64,000 bases of DNA from Myxococcota bacterium (GTDB taxonomy: Bacteria > Myxococcota_A > SURF-8 > G963663525), in the NCBI GenBank assembly GCA_963676915.2, contig CAXXVK010000011.1, forward strand, positions 73,805 through 137,804. Direction: 5' to 3'. Below, piece by piece: positions 9,782-20,148 of this stretch. The position numbers and the translations under genes were made by a program. The notes beneath the pieces were generated by a model. The model saw nothing but the letters and a program-made list of their open reading frames with translations, was not told the DNA's origin and ran no database searches. Within the stretch, counting starts at the first letter, position 1, and every line of letters begins with the position of its first letter.

Positions 9782-11857
9782 TTACAGATCGTCATCCGTT
9801 TTTCTCTTTCTGTAACCTACGAGAAACAAAAGAATCGCTGCAAACAGGAACGACCCTGTAAGCCCTGACATTCGGCAGCCATCCGAGGTTTTCGAGGTTG
9901 TTCCTTCCGAATCCAGGTCGCCGCCGACCGCTTCATCGTCGGATGTCACTTGCGGAGCTACGGGAGGGCAGGCGGAGTTGTCCGCCGGGGTTTCCATACC
10001 ATCGGTGGGTTTGTCGCAGAAACCTTGAAGCTTTGCTTCCACTTGCAGATCGAAAGGTGGTTGGGTGGTATCCGTGGCTTTCAAAATGAGGGAAACCTGA
10101 AACGTTCTGGCCGGGGCGTCATCGGCGAAAAGCTCGTCGCGGTCAGGATTTTCCACGGTCAGACTGAAGCTGGTGGTGTCGCCATCGGTTTCGGGAGCGG
10201 ATAGGGATTCGTCCGCATTTTGCCATTGCATCGTGGATAGGTCGAGCGCGGTGCTTTGGACTTCGCCGTCGGGATTGCCGGTTTCATCTACCGTAGCTGC
10301 TTCGATTTCCAGGACTCCGGTCCCGTGAAACGCTGCCGTTTCCAGTGTTACATCCAATCGATAGTAGGGGAAAATCATCTCCGGGGCCGGGTTGCTGTTG
10401 GCCGATCGCAGATCGATGGCGAAATCCATTCGGGAAAACGGCCCTGGCGCGGAAGGATGCAAAACGACGGTTTCGTCTTGGTAGTTCATCGAGTCGGTCC
10501 AGGCCGACATTCTAGGACGGTAAGGGAAGCCGAATTCCACGAAACGGGCTTTGTCGAAGGGGCTGGCGTTCGATTGCAGCACCGTGCCTACCATGTGGGG
10601 ATTTTCGAACAGACGTTCCACAAGATCCTGAACGGAGAATTCCAGAACCTCTCCGACGATTTCCGGCATGGAGCGACCATAGGTGAAATCCCGGTCATCG
10701 ACGCCGTACAGGTGCTTGGTGGAGAGTCCTGTTTCCGGGTCGATACCGAAAACGGCCACGTCGTCCAGGCGTGTCCCACCGCTTTCGAATTCCACGGCGA
10801 GGTTATCCATCCATTTGTCGATGGTTTCGAGGTCTGGAACGATGTCCTGTCCGTCTTCGGTAACTTTCAAATACGAGGACCATTGCGCCAGTCCACTCAC
10901 TGCCCCCATGGAAATCTGACAGGGCATGGAACCGCCTACACCTTCTTTTCCGGTCATTCGCTGGCGATAGTTGGTGCTGCACTCGATGGAAACTTCTCCG
11001 TTTTCCACGATGATCGGATATTCATGGCCGAGGTTGTCGTACTCGGAAACACCGTATAGAGCGGCCAGAATCCCTTCGGAGGCGGACCCCAGGGAGGCGG
11101 CGTCGGTCATGTCCAGTAGAGACTCTGGATTCACTCCTGTGGCGTTTTCGTTCAATATGCCGGTCCAGTTCAGGTAATGGCTACCGTCGGAGTATTGGGA
11201 AATTTGTACTGCAAGTCCGAGATGCGGATTCTGATTTCCGAACGCGGTTTCGGCGTTTTCCTGTGATAGATATTCATCGTTTTCATATCCGTACAGCAGT
11301 GGATGAGCGAGGAAATCGGTAGGATAGCCATGGCGACCGTTGACGTTGAAAACCAATGCAGCTCCGGCACTGTCTACAAACGTGTGACGATTGTAGAGAC
11401 TTCCGGAGGGATTTTCCCAGTCCGGGATGATGTATTCCATGTGGCCGCGCCAGTCCTCGACGGCGTGGGCGGCGTACCCGAAAGCCCACGAAATTTCATG
11501 GATATCTTTTGCATTGGCGATCAGGTGCCGGGACCAGGCGAAGTAGCGGTCCGGGTCGGTGTATCGTCCCCAGCATTCGTTGGAAATTCTGCCGTTGTCT
11601 CCTCCACAGGCGACCGTGCAGAACGAGGCCATGAATTCGTCGGAAAGAATATACCAGACGTCGGGACCATAGGAGCCGTGAACCAACAATCCCAGATTGA
11701 ACGCCTCTTTCCAGCGGTGGGAAATACGGTCGTGCCCATGAACGGTCAACGCGCTGTGCACACCCGGTCCCCAGCCCCAAGCGGGTTTCGAATCGTCGAT
11801 AAGAAAAAACGACAACGTAACGAACAAAACCGAAAAAATGCGTAAAAATTGCTTCAT
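9782..11857 (-). CDS. Zinc-dependent phospholipase C / S1-P1 family secreted protein with C-terminal MYXO-CTERM-like anchor
   Basis: Signal peptide then WGPGVH, GSYGPD, FGYAAHAVEDWRGH (Zn ligands); C-terminus SDGC-linker-TM-RKRK. Confidence 0.75.
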   Translation of the reverse strand: MKQFLRIFSVLFVTLSFFLIDDSKPAWGWGPGVHSALTVHGHDRISHRWKEAFNLGLLVHGSYGPDVWYILSDEFMASFCTVACGGDNGRISNECWGRYTDPDRYFAWSRHLIANAKDIHEISWAFGYAAHAVEDWRGHMEYIIPDWENPSGSLYNRHTFVDSAGAALVFNVNGRHGYPTDFLAHPLLYGYENDEYLSQENAETAFGNQNPHLGLAVQISQYSDGSHYLNWTGILNENATGVNPESLLDMTDAASLGSASEGILAALYGVSEYDNLGHEYPIIVENGEVSIECSTNYRQRMTGKEGVGGSMPCQISMGAVSGLAQWSSYLKVTEDGQDIVPDLETIDKWMDNLAVEFESGGTRLDDVAVFGIDPETGLSTKHLYGVDDRDFTYGRSMPEIVGEVLEFSVQDLVERLFENPHMVGTVLQSNASPFDKARFVEFGFPYRPRMSAWTDSMNYQDETVVLHPSAPGPFSRMDFAIDLRSANSNPAPEMIFPYYRLDVTLETAAFHGTGVLEIEAATVDETGNPDGEVQSTALDLSTMQWQNADESLSAPETDGDTTSFSLTVENPDRDELFADDAPARTFQVSLILKATDTTQPPFDLQVEAKLQGFCDKPTDGMETPADNSACPPVAPQVTSDDEAVGGDLDSEGTTSKTSDGCRMSGLTGSFLFAAILLFLVGYRKRKTDDDL

Positions 11858-11942
11858 AGTGTCAACTCCCGAGAGGGGAAAGAACGGCTGTCGGTAGAAT
11901 GTTTTCCATGCCGGTTCTCTATACCATGTTTCTTTAGACGAC

Positions 11943-11969
11943 AAAAGGCCCGTCGTCATGACGGGCCTT
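11943..11969 (-). terminator. Terminator at end of dcw cluster
   Basis: AAGGCCCGTC/GACGGGCCTT stem with short T tract on the minus strand just after the ftsZ stop. Confidence 0.7.
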
Positions 11970-12000
11970 GGAAGGAAAAACCTTCGTACATCATTCGTTT

Positions 12001-13356
12001 TTAGCGTTCCCGCTCGCGGAGGCGGATTTTCCGTCGTGCCGATTGAATGATGGCCTGGTCGTTGAAGATATCTTCTTCGTACAGGCTGTTGACGCGTGGC
12101 GTCTCGCGGCGCGGACGAGTTTCGCGGGGACGGATTTCACGCGGGGTGTCGGCACGGTCGAAGAAAGACGAAGGAAGCGACTGGGGCGGAGCCACCAGTT
12201 CTTCGTCGTCGGGCCTCGATTTCGGGGCATCGCCGCCCATCGGCAGGTCGTCCTCGAAAATTTCCACAGACGTGCTCGACGAGGCGCGAAGATCGTCGCC
12301 TACCTGCAGTTTCCGACGACGACGAGGAGAGCGTCGGCCACGCGTCGGAGTTTCCGAATCGTTGGCTTCGTCCGGGAAACCGGTTGCGATAACGGTAACT
12401 TGCACACTGTCTTCCATGCTGTCGTCCACCACGTATCCGAAGATAACCGAGGCTTGCGGATCGGCGCTTTGCTGAATGTAGGTAACGGCTTCGTCCACTT
12501 CGGAGGCTCGAAGCTGGGTGGAACCGGTAACGTTGATGAGCACGCCGCGAGCACCCTCGATGGAGAGATCGTCGAGCAGCGGGGAGGAGATCGCCATCCG
12601 GGCGGCGTCCATGGCGCGGTTGGTGCCACTGCCTAGACCGGTGCCCATGATCGCCATTCCCATGTTGGACATGATCGATTTCACGTCGGCGAAGTCCACG
12701 TTGACGTAGCCTGCCGTGGTGATGAGATCGGAGATGCCGCGCACCGCACCGACGAGAACGTTATCCGCTTCTTTGAAGGCTTCGACGAAGCCCAGGTTTC
12801 CGCCGTCGATATCCAAAAGTTTCTGGTTGGGAATCACGACCAGGGTATTGACGCAGGATTTGAGTTCCTTGACGCCTTCCAGTGCCGTGTTCATCCTTTT
12901 CTGACCTTCGAAATTGAACGGCTTGGTAACGACACCGACGGTCAGGATGCCCATGTCCATCGCTTTTTGTGCGATGACCGGGGCCGCGCCCGTGCCGGTT
13001 CCGCCGCCCATACCCGCCGTGACGAACAGCATGTCCACGCCTTGGATCATCTCTTCGATCACCGCCAGCGATTCTTCTGCCGCTTTCTGGCCGACTTTGG
13101 GATAACCGCCAGCGCCAAGGCCGCGTGTCAGCGATTCACCCAATTGGATCTGCAGGGCCACTTTCGAACGTTCCAGCGCCTGCACGTCGGTGTTGGCCAC
13201 GATAAACGACACGTTTTTCACATCGGCTTCCATCATCGACGTAACCGCGTTGCTCCCGGCGCCGCCCGCACCCAGAACCGCCAGTTTCGCCGAGCGGAAG
13301 CTCAGTTCGTCCGCCATGTTGAATTTGATTTCGAAATCGTCTCTGCTTTCCGTCAT
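12001..13356 (-). CDS. ftsZ: Cell division protein FtsZ
   Basis: [36 protein letters not shown]7 loop NVDFAD; ATG 13356 after AAGGAGGA. Confidence 0.98.
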   Translation of the reverse strand: MTESRDDFEIKFNMADELSFRSAKLAVLGAGGAGSNAVTSMMEADVKNVSFIVANTDVQALERSKVALQIQLGESLTRGLGAGGYPKVGQKAAEESLAVIEEMIQGVDMLFVTAGMGGGTGTGAAPVIAQKAMDMGILTVGVVTKPFNFEGQKRMNTALEGVKELKSCVNTLVVIPNQKLLDIDGGNLGFVEAFKEADNVLVGAVRGISDLITTAGYVNVDFADVKSIMSNMGMAIMGTGLGSGTNRAMDAARMAISSPLLDDLSIEGARGVLINVTGSTQLRASEVDEAVTYIQQSADPQASVIFGYVVDDSMEDSVQVTVIATGFPDEANDSETPTRGRRSPRRRRKLQVGDDLRASSSTSVEIFEDDLPMGGDAPKSRPDDEELVAPPQSLPSSFFDRADTPREIRPRETRPRRETPRVNSLYEEDIFNDQAIIQSARRKIRLRERER

Positions 13357-13419
13357 TCTTTCCTCCTTTGGGCTCCCTGACCCGAAATTATCCGTACATC
13401 GGAAATCAAACAAGTTCGT

Positions 13420-14479
13420 TCAGTTTTTTTCTTCCATTCCGGCTATGAACGGTCCGCCCACCGTCCACGTCGGAAAAACTGCAACATTCTTTTCAACTCT
13501 TTGAATTTCTTTCAATTTCGCGAGAGGCTGGTTGATTCCCAGCAACGTCACGCGAACGTTGTCTCCGTTTTCACAGGCAATACGGCGACTCCGAAGATTG
13601 GTGTTGTTCACCAGCGTCATCAGCAGGGCTTCCACCTGCTCCAGCGCATTTTCCCGTTGGGGACCGGAGCGAACCGTCAGACAAAGGGTTTCGCTTTGCT
13701 CCAAGGGGATTTTCCACGAGGAACTGCGCGATATCGCTTTGAAAAAGGCATTGCGGGGAGCTAGTCCGCCCGCTGCCGAAGCCGTGGATACCGCGATGGA
13801 AGCTTTCTCGAAAACTTCCTCGGAGAGTTCGTCTGCCTGTTCCGCCTGATCTTCTTCCAAAAACAGGTCGCAGACGGTTTCGATCATCTGCGCCATTTCG
13901 TCGTCGCATTTTTTGAAAATCGTATAGGTTCCCGCTTCAAGAACGCTTTCTTCGAGGTCGGCTCCCGTGATGCGAATCACGCCGTTGCAGGCGCTTTCCA
14001 ACTCGTCGATGGCTTTATTCGCCGTTTCCTGCCGATCTTTTCCTTCGAAATCGAAAGGAAGTCCGACCACGGCTACGGTGGCGATACCCCGGCGTCTGGC
14101 CTCGGAGGCGATGACCGGCAGAGCACCGCTGGCGGTTTCACCGCCCAGACCGCCCACGAGGACGAGTTTTGCGCAATCCACGCAGTTTCAAACCCCATCG
14201 TCTGCGGGAATCCCGAGCACACAACGCACCGTAGCGGCCATCGATACGTCCCCGGTTGACCGGCGTTCCCTGGCCGAACGGCAGACGGCTCAACGGTCGT
14301 AAATGGGAAGATTCCAACAGGTCGAGATCGGTGTCCAACGCCAGCAACGAGACTTGGTCCGGCAGGCGTTCGCGAACCTTTGCCAGAACGTTCAGACCCG
14401 CTTCTCCGACCCCGAAAACACCGACCTGGCAGGCTTGTAGCCTTTGCTGGATGTCTTCTTTCATTTCATTTTTCAACAT
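13420..14479 (-). CDS. Divergent FtsZ/tubulin-family protein (one apparent +1 frameshift at ~14167-14170)
   Basis: Two ORF-track fragments join on removal of one base from a 4-base run: VGVFGVGEAGLN, ALDTD, LVLVGGLGGETASG, PFDFEG, VRVTLLG. ~352 aa; RBS AAGGAG. Confidence 0.85.
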
Positions 14480-14509
14480 AATCAGATGCTCCTTGGCGGC
14501 GGTAAATTC

Positions 14510-15712
14510 TCAGGGTCCGAAAAATTTCGTGATTTTGTTCCAAAGGCTGCGTTTGCCGATTTTCGTGGCACCGTGTCGAGCGCCGTACATCACGAGTCCT
14601 ACGCTCGTAGAAAACTTCGGCTTGGATACCATGTCCGTAAGTCCGGTGAATCCTTTGGGTTTCGCGACACGTACCGGCATATCGAACATTTCTTCGGCCA
14701 GCGTTTCGATGCCTTTGAGCGAGGTGCAGCCTCCCGTAAGGACCACTCCCGCTCCGATGTAGCCTGCCATGCCGGAGGCTTCGATGTTGCTGATGATGGC
14801 CGAAAAAATCTCTTCCATGCGCGCTTCGATGATGTCGCATAACGCCATACGGCTGATCAGGTGACTGGCCCCCACGCCGACCCTTGGAACGTCCACGGTG
14901 TCGGTGTTGTTGACCAACTCGGCCAGGGCGCAGCCTTCGTGTTCCTTGATGCGTTCGGCGTCTTCGGGTGGTGTGCGCAGGCTGACGGCGATGTCGTTGG
15001 AAATCATGTCCCCGCCGGAAGCGATGACTCCGGCATGGAGAAGCGCGCCCTTGGAGTAAATCAGGATGTCCGAGGTTCCCGCGCCGATATCCACGAAGAT
15101 GCAGCCCAGGTCTTTTTCCGGAGGCGTCAACGTGGCGTAGGAAGCGGCCAGCGGATCGAAAATCATATCGCAGACATTCACCCCGGCCTTGTTGCAGCAG
15201 CGCTCGATATTCTGCATGGCGGTCGCGGCGGCGGTGATGATGTGAACCTGAGTTTTCAGCCGCACGCCGCTGATGCCCAGTGGCACTTTGACTCCGGCCT
15301 GGTCGTCCACGATGTATTCCTGGACTTTGGTGTGGAGAACTTTGCGGTCCATGGGGATCGGCACGGCATTGGCCTGTTCCAATACGCGGTCGATGTCGCT
15401 CTGTTCGATTTCCTTGCCTTTGATGGGCACGACGCCATCGCTGTTTTCACCCTTGATATGCGGGCCGCTGATACCGACGAAAACGTCCGAAATCTGTACC
15501 CCGGCCATCAGTTCGGCGTCTTCCACCGAACTGCGGATGGAATGCACCGTTTCCTCGATGTTCGTGATGCTTCCACTGGACATACCCGAGGATTTCTGCG
15601 TTCCCACGCCGATGACTTCAACTTCGCCGTCTTCTTTTACTTCGCTGGCAATACAGCGGGTATCGGATGTTCCGATATCGAGACTGGCGATGATTTCTCC
15701 TTTTTTGGCCAT
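14510..15712 (-). CDS. ftsA: Cell division protein FtsA
   Basis: SLDIGTS, VDIGAGTSD, GVVLTGG, STSVGL; ATG 15712. Confidence 0.96.
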   Translation of the reverse strand: MAKKGEIIASLDIGTSDTRCIASEVKEDGEVEVIGVGTQKSSGMSSGSITNIEETVHSIRSSVEDAELMAGVQISDVFVGISGPHIKGENSDGVVPIKGKEIEQSDIDRVLEQANAVPIPMDRKVLHTKVQEYIVDDQAGVKVPLGISGVRLKTQVHIITAAATAMQNIERCCNKAGVNVCDMIFDPLAASYATLTPPEKDLGCIFVDIGAGTSDILIYSKGALLHAGVIASGGDMISNDIAVSLRTPPEDAERIKEHEGCALAELVNNTDTVDVPRVGVGASHLISRMALCDIIEARMEEIFSAIISNIEASGMAGYIGAGVVLTGGCTSLKGIETLAEEMFDMPVRVAKPKGFTGLTDMVSKPKFSTSVGLVMYGARHGATKIGKRSLWNKITKFFGP

Positions 15713-15714
15713 GG

Positions 15715-16630
15715 TTACCTTCCCATCTCCTCTTGTCCGAAATCCTCGGGCTTCGGAGCCTGGAACCGTATGGAGATTTTTTCCGAATGGTTTCTGTTGT
15801 TCAAGTTGATGCGGAGCGGCTTGCGTTCTCCCTGGAAAAGGTCCGTCCAGTTTTTCCTGAAGACGGTCGAGTTTGCGTTGCCAGTTGTCGTCCCCGACGA
15901 TCACTTTGGTGGGGATCGATCCGACGAGCAGTGCAAATCCCGTCGTTTCCAGAATCACTTCGTGCAGGTCGGCTCTTTTCGACAAAGGATGCTCACGATA
16001 AAGCCGAATCAGGTCGAAAGCGTTCGTAACGTTCTCGCTTACCTTTTTCTTTTCTTCTTCTTTGGCGTTGTTTTTATTCTTTTGGTTTTCTTTTTGATCT
16101 TTCGTCTCGAAATCCGCCGGTTTCAACCCACGGATCAAGGTGTATTCGTCAATGGAATCCAAATCGGCGAGTTTGAAAGGTTCGAGGTCGGTATTGAGAT
16201 ACACGTAGGCTCCCAGGTCAACCACGGCCACGACCTTTTGTTCGGTGACGGCGATGGTCAGCGAACGGTTCAGCCAGTTTCGCGTAATGTCGGCCTGTGC
16301 CACCCACGGAAGTTTCTCGACCTTTCGGGCGGCGGGTTTGGTGTCCATCCCGACGAGATCCATTCCCTGGGTTATTCCCGATTGGAAGATCACAGCATCA
16401 TTGGGAGTTTTTTCACTGCCGGTGACATGGATTTGTTGGAGTTCGATCAGTCCGAACGACGAAACCGGAACGATTCCTTCCCAGGCCAGTGCGGCATAGA
16501 CGAAGACGGACGCCAGGATCACGGTTCCCAGGATTTTTCCGATGTTTCGCGAGGGTGGCGCGACTTCATTCGGATGTTCCAGCTTCCGGTTTTTTCTCAG
16601 CAGAATGTTTGCCGTTCTCTGCGGAGCCAT
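15715..16630 (-). CDS. ftsQ: Cell division protein FtsQ (frameshift near 15855)
   Basis: TM segment, POTRA domain (IHVTGS..LPWVAQADITR..LTIAVTE). Removing one base restores the C-terminus ...LRINLNNRNHSEKISIRF...EEMGR* with TAA at 15715-15717. Confidence 0.85.
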
Positions 16631-16643
16631 AATCGTTAGCCTT

Positions 16644-17605
16644 TCAAGCTTCGGAACTCGTCCGTTCGAGTCCCAGCGAGGCGTCCAACAACATTTCTTC
16701 CATCAAATCGTCGAAACCGATTCCCACACCCTGTGCGATTTTCGGCACGAGGCTGTGAGATGTGAGTCCGGGCATGGTGTTGATTTCCAGCACTACCGTT
16801 CCTCGTGTTTTGTGAAAAACAAGGTCCGTTCGGGTTACGCCACTGCATCCGAGGGCTTTGTGCGTTTTCAGTGCAAGTTCGCAGCATTCTTTGTAATCTT
16901 TGGGTTGAATGCTGGGCGGGTACAGGTAGCGTGTATCGTTGGTCAGGTACTTGGCTTCGTAATCGTAAAATTCTCCTTGAGGAACGATTTCAATGGCTCC
17001 AAGCACCCGTCCGCACAAAATCGCTACATTGATTTCCTTGCCTGGCCTGAATTCCTGAATCAAAAGAGTGTTTTCACCTTCTGTCGCTTTCTCTACCGCC
17101 GGTGGCAATTCGTCGGGATTGCGCACGATGGAGACGCCGACGCTGGAGCCTTCGGTGTTCGGTTTGACCACCACCGGCAAGGGGAAATCCAGGTCTTCCG
17201 CTTTGAGCAGGCGGGCGTCTTCGGCGTCGAAGCGTTGGTATTTTGGGACGGGAATTCCGCTGGCCTGCAAGACACGGGCGCTGAAATCCTTGTCCATCGC
17301 CAGCGCGGAGGACATGACTTTCGAACCGGTGTAGGGGATGTTCATCATTTCGAGCATCCCTTGCAGACAGCCGTCCTCGCCCCATTTGCCATGCAGAGCG
17401 ATGAAAGCCACCTCGATCTCGTTTTTACGCAGATCTTCGGCCACGTTCGGACTAACGTCGATTTCAATGACTTGATATTGTTTGCGTTTCAGGGCGGCGA
17501 GGGCAGCGCGTCCCGGTCTCGAACGAAACTTCGCGTTCCCGCCGATTCCCCACCAAGGAGTACGGCAACCTTTTTTTGCAGCATGGCTTCCCGGCTAAAA
17601 CTCAT
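16644..17605 (-). CDS. ddl: D-alanine--D-alanine ligase (frameshifts near the 5' end)
   Basis: VAVLLGGES, ALHGKWGEDG, VVKPNTEGSSVG, FYDYEAKY, LEINTMPG. Confidence 0.93.
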
Positions 17606-19002
17606 GGCGCTTTCCCTTCTTTTTCCTTCAGCATCGAAAGAACGTCCAGTCCCGTCCGGTGGATATCTCCCGGCCACCAAGGGTCAACAGCAGTTCACCC
17701 GGATCCCAGCGTTTCCACGGCCCGGCGTCCGGCCTTGTCCCGGTCGCCCACGTATTCGACCTGAACGCCCCTGATTCTTGATTCGCTCGACGAGCGTCTG
17801 GCTGTCGATTCCTTCGATGGGCGGTTCGCTGGCCGCGTAAATATCCGTAACGATCAACCGATCGACGTTTTCGAAAGACTGGGCGAATTCGTCCATCAGG
17901 TCGCGGGTTCGTGTGTAGCGGTGTGGCTGGAACAGCACCGTAATCGCCCCGTCGAAGCATTCTCTTGCAGCTTTAAGGGTGGCGCGAATTTCCGAGGGAT
18001 GGTGCCCATAGTCGTCCACGACCGTTACACCGCCAGCTCGACCCTTGATCTGGAACCGGCGTTCCACACCATCGAAAGTTGCGAGGGCTTCGGTCAGAGT
18101 CGCCACGGGAATGTCCAGTTCGAATCCCACGATAAAAGCCGCCAGGGCGTTCAATACGTTGTGGTGTCCCGGTAAGGGAACCTGTACACGGCCAAGTTCC
18201 TTGTCGCCGTATACGATGTCGAATTCCATGCAGAGATTCCGGGCGCGAATGCGGGTGGCGCGGAAATCGTTTGCCTTCTTCGAGGCCGTAGGTAACGTTT
18301 CGACCCTTGATACGTCCGCTGATTTCCCGGACGATCGGATCGTCTCCGCATAATACGTTCACGCCGTAAAATGGAATGCTGCTTGCGAAACTGACGAAGG
18401 CGTCTTTCTAACGCGTCGAAAGAGCCATAATAATCCAGGTGTTCTCTGTCGATGTTGGTGACGACGGTCAGCATTGGTGTGAGTCGCAGGAAACTGCCGT
18501 CCGACTCGTCGGCTTCGGCGACCAGCATCGAACCTTCACCCAGGCGGGCATTGGTGGCCGTAGCTCGTCAGTCGTCCTCCCACGAAAAAGGTGGGGGTCC
18601 ATTCCGGCGGCGGAAAGCAGCCAGGCGATCAAGCTGGTGGTAGTGGTTTTGCCGTGCGATCCTGCCACGGCGATACCTTCCTTGAGGCGCATCAGTTCGG
18701 CCAGCATCTGGGCTCGCGGAATCACGGGGATTCCCCCGGCGGATGGGCCTCGGCCAGTTCGGGGTTGTCCGAACGGAATGGCCGAAGAACAGACCAACAC
18801 GTTGGCGTCGCCAAGGTTTGACGAATCGTGCTTGAAATTGTAGCCGAACGCCGAGTTGCTCCAGTCGTTTCGTGTAGCGCGACTTTTTGAGGTCGGACCC
18901 CGAAACCTTGAACCGCAATCCCGTAAGCACTTCGGCCAGTCCGCACATGCCGACTCCGCCGATGCCTACGAAATGCACGTTTTTGAAGCGTTTTAGCAAC
19001 AT
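17602..19002 (-). CDS. murC: UDP-N-acetylmuramate--L-alanine ligase (multiple apparent frameshifts)
   Basis: [52 protein letters not shown] spread over several frames. Confidence 0.92.
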
Positions 19003-19058
19003 GGGTTCGAACTTTCCTTTATCTCGTATCAAACGGCGTCAAACGCCGCCCGTTTGTG

Positions 19059-20148
19059 TTATTTTCGCACCGATTCTTCAAGCAATTGAGTCACGTTCGC
19101 GGCAGCCTTGGGATGGGCGGCGCTTTGGACCCGTCCCGACATGTTCGCGATTTCTTCCGGATTTTCGATTCGTTCTCGTAAAAAACGCACCAATTCGGTC
19201 GCGTCGATATCCTTTTGCTCCCGTACCCAGGCCGCACCGGCTTCAACCAGTTCCGCTGCGTTGTGTACCTGATGGTTGTCCGCTGCGCCCGGAAACGGGA
19301 TCAGCAGGCTGGGACGTCCCGCGACCGCCAGTTCCGCACAGGTCGCCGCACCGGAACGCGCCACGACAAGGTGACACCACTTCAAAGCACCGGCCATGTC
19401 ATCGATAAATGCCACCGCTTCGGCGTTCAACCCGGTTTCACGGTATCGTTCGGCGACGGCTTCAAGGTCGTGTTGTCCGGTCTGGTGGCGGATCGTCAAG
19501 CGGTCTTTCATCGGTTTCAGGTCCGGGGCGGCGTCTCGAAACAGGTTGTTGATGAACGTTGCACCCTGGCTTCCACCGAGGATCAGAACCTGCAAAGGTT
19601 CTGAAATTTCACGAGTTTCCTGAGAGTCGGAGAGGAACTGGTCCAAAAACTCCTGGCGCACCGGATTGCCGGTGAGGACGGTTTTTTTTCGCATCGAACC
19701 AGCGCGCTGCGTGGCCGAAAGATACCGCCACTTTTTTGGCGAAACGACCGAGTTGGCGGTTGGTCATGCCCGGTACCGAGTTGGGTTCCAGCAGCACCAG
19801 CGGTTTTCTCAGAAACCAGGCGGCCAGACAGACCGGCCCCGCGGCAAAACTTCCCAGGCTGAGCACGACATCGGGACGGAAACGGAGGACGATCCACAGT
19901 CCTTGCAAAAACGCCAGAGGAAGACGCAGCAGCGAAAGCAGCGTTTTGAACAGTCCGACGCGCTTCAGACCGCTGGCCGCCGTGTATTTCACCGGAAGGT
20001 TCTGTTCGGGCAGAATGCGCGATTCGATGCCGTCGCGAGTACCGACGAACAGCACTTCATTGCCTTCCTTTTTCAGCCATTGTTTGGCTACGGCAATCCC
20101 CGGGAAAAGATGGCCACCGGTTTTTCCACCAGCCAGCAACAGTCTCAT
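19059..20148 (-). CDS. murG: Undecaprenyl-PP-MurNAc-pentapeptide GlcNAc transferase (frameshift in T8 run ~19682-19689)
   Basis: GGKTGGHLFPG, EPNSVPG, TGNPVR, GGSQGA, RSGA, HQVHNA. Confidence 0.94.

Noticed and set aside
14510-16630. Apparent 706-aa FtsQ-FtsA fusion in the ORF track
   Set aside because: Removing one base near 15855 gives a plausible FtsQ C-terminus ending at TAA 15715-15717, just before the ftsA ATG. A periplasmic FtsQ domain fused to cytoplasmic FtsA is topologically implausible.
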